Assembly (NCBI GenBank): GCA_963698075.1
Contig: OY969116.1
Location: forward strand, 19,881-83,880
Direction of reading: 5' to 3'
Source of the DNA: an uncultured Candidatus Berkelbacteria bacterium
GTDB lineage: Bacteria; Patescibacteriota; UBA1384; UBA12157; JAENIV01
DNA length: 64,000 bases
A program made the translations under genes and the position numbers. This document shows, one piece after another, positions 63,665-64,000 of the stretch. The notes below the pieces were generated by a model. That model saw only the letters and a list, made by a program, of their open reading frames with translations. It did not search any database and was not told the origin of the DNA. Every line of letters starts with the position of its first letter. The stretch's first letter is position 1.

Positions 63665-64000
63665 ATGAGGAAAGAAAAACTGGCAAAAAATCAGGTGTAT
63701 CATATATTTTCTCGTAGTATTGCCGAGTTTAAGATTTTTAATAATACTGAAGATTATCTTAGAATGTTAGATCTGCTTCAATTTTTTAGTATTTTTTCCC
63801 CGCCGTGTAAATTTTCGAATTTTCTGAAATTACAGATAGTACAACAAGACGGTTTTCAAGTCTATTTTGATAAAATAGCTGCCGATCAAGAGAAGATTAT
63901 CTCGCTTGTGGCTTATTGTTTGATGCCGACTCATTTACATTTGATACTAAAACAGTTAAAAGATGATGGCATAACAATATATATGAAGAACGTACTCGAT
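63665..64000 (+). mobile_element. IS200/IS605-family (HUH, Y1) transposase or REP-associated tyrosine transposase, 3' end beyond window
   Basis: Translation from the ATG at 63665: MRKEKLAKNQVYHIFSRSIAEFKIF...LVAYCLMPTHLHLILKQ. The YHIxxR N-terminal motif and HUH motif LMPTHLHLI are characteristic of TnpA-IS200/RAYT. No stop before the window end. Confidence 0.6.

Noticed and set aside
1-64000. CRISPR array, rRNA genes, toxin-antitoxin pairs, restriction-modification or other recognisable defence systems
   Set aside because: No spaced direct-repeat array, no rRNA-like conserved stretches and no nuclease/methylase/ATPase-helicase combinations beyond housekeeping (radA, recJ, dprA, recR, topA) were seen. 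The small adjacent pair 4697-5281 has no TA-like motifs.

Overview
Low-GC window (roughly high-30s % G+C by eye) with short, tightly packed and often overlapping genes. The firmicute-like linkages holB-ricT and radA-yacL, small ribosomal proteins, a sortase-type LPxTG protein and the overall look suggest a Patescibacteria/CPR-like or streptophyte-poor Gram-positive-like genome; this is inference only. From start to end the window holds:

- 1-15.8 kb: a dcw-type cell-wall cluster, ftsI(5' partial)-[GC island]-murF-mraY-x-x-pgeF-murD-ftsW-murG-GT39-murC-murB-ftsQ, followed by recJ.
- 15.8-16.3 kb: a GC-rich GspG-like pseudopilin gene on the opposite strand.
- 16.3-24.4 kb: an arsR-like regulator, radA, a yacL-like PIN/TRAM gene, PBP1A (minus strand), tyrS and argS.
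- 24.5-29.3 kb: a minus-strand membrane operon, tRNA-Pro and an M50 protease.
- 29.4-31.8 kb: rpmB, holB, ricT and a TPR protein.
- 31.8-32.6 kb: a tRNA block Thr-Tyr-Thr-(rpmG)-Trp flanked by two partial tRNA copies.
- 32.7-44.5 kb: a complete type IV pilus locus (pilB, pilT, pilC, pilD, at least nine pilin/minor-pilin genes) with three paralogous Avd-like four-helix-bundle genes interleaved.
- 44.5-51.2 kb: rnhA, ileS, rodA, rplU, secE, nusG, rplK and tsaC.
- 51.2-51.8 kb: a GC-rich non-coding-looking segment.
- 51.8-57.3 kb: dprA-topA-recR, a zinc-ribbon ORF and cysS.
- 57.3-59.2 kb: a ~1.9 kb high-GC island with two secreted proteins, one collagen-like.
- 59.3-63.6 kb: an AT-rich LPxTG-like Gln-rich surface protein, prfB, ybaB, a ZIP-like transporter, pth and rplA (with a long N-terminal extension).
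- 63.6-64.0 kb: a hairpin and a 3'-partial IS200/RAYT-like transposase.

The most notable features are (i) four gene-sized high-GC islands in an AT-rich backbone that mostly carry prepilin or secreted surface proteins, (ii) the three Avd-like genes inside the pilus operon with shared flank motifs, (iii) a 28-nt promoter/operator motif present twice, and (iv) partial tRNA duplicates flanking the tRNA block. No CRISPR array and no rRNA were seen.
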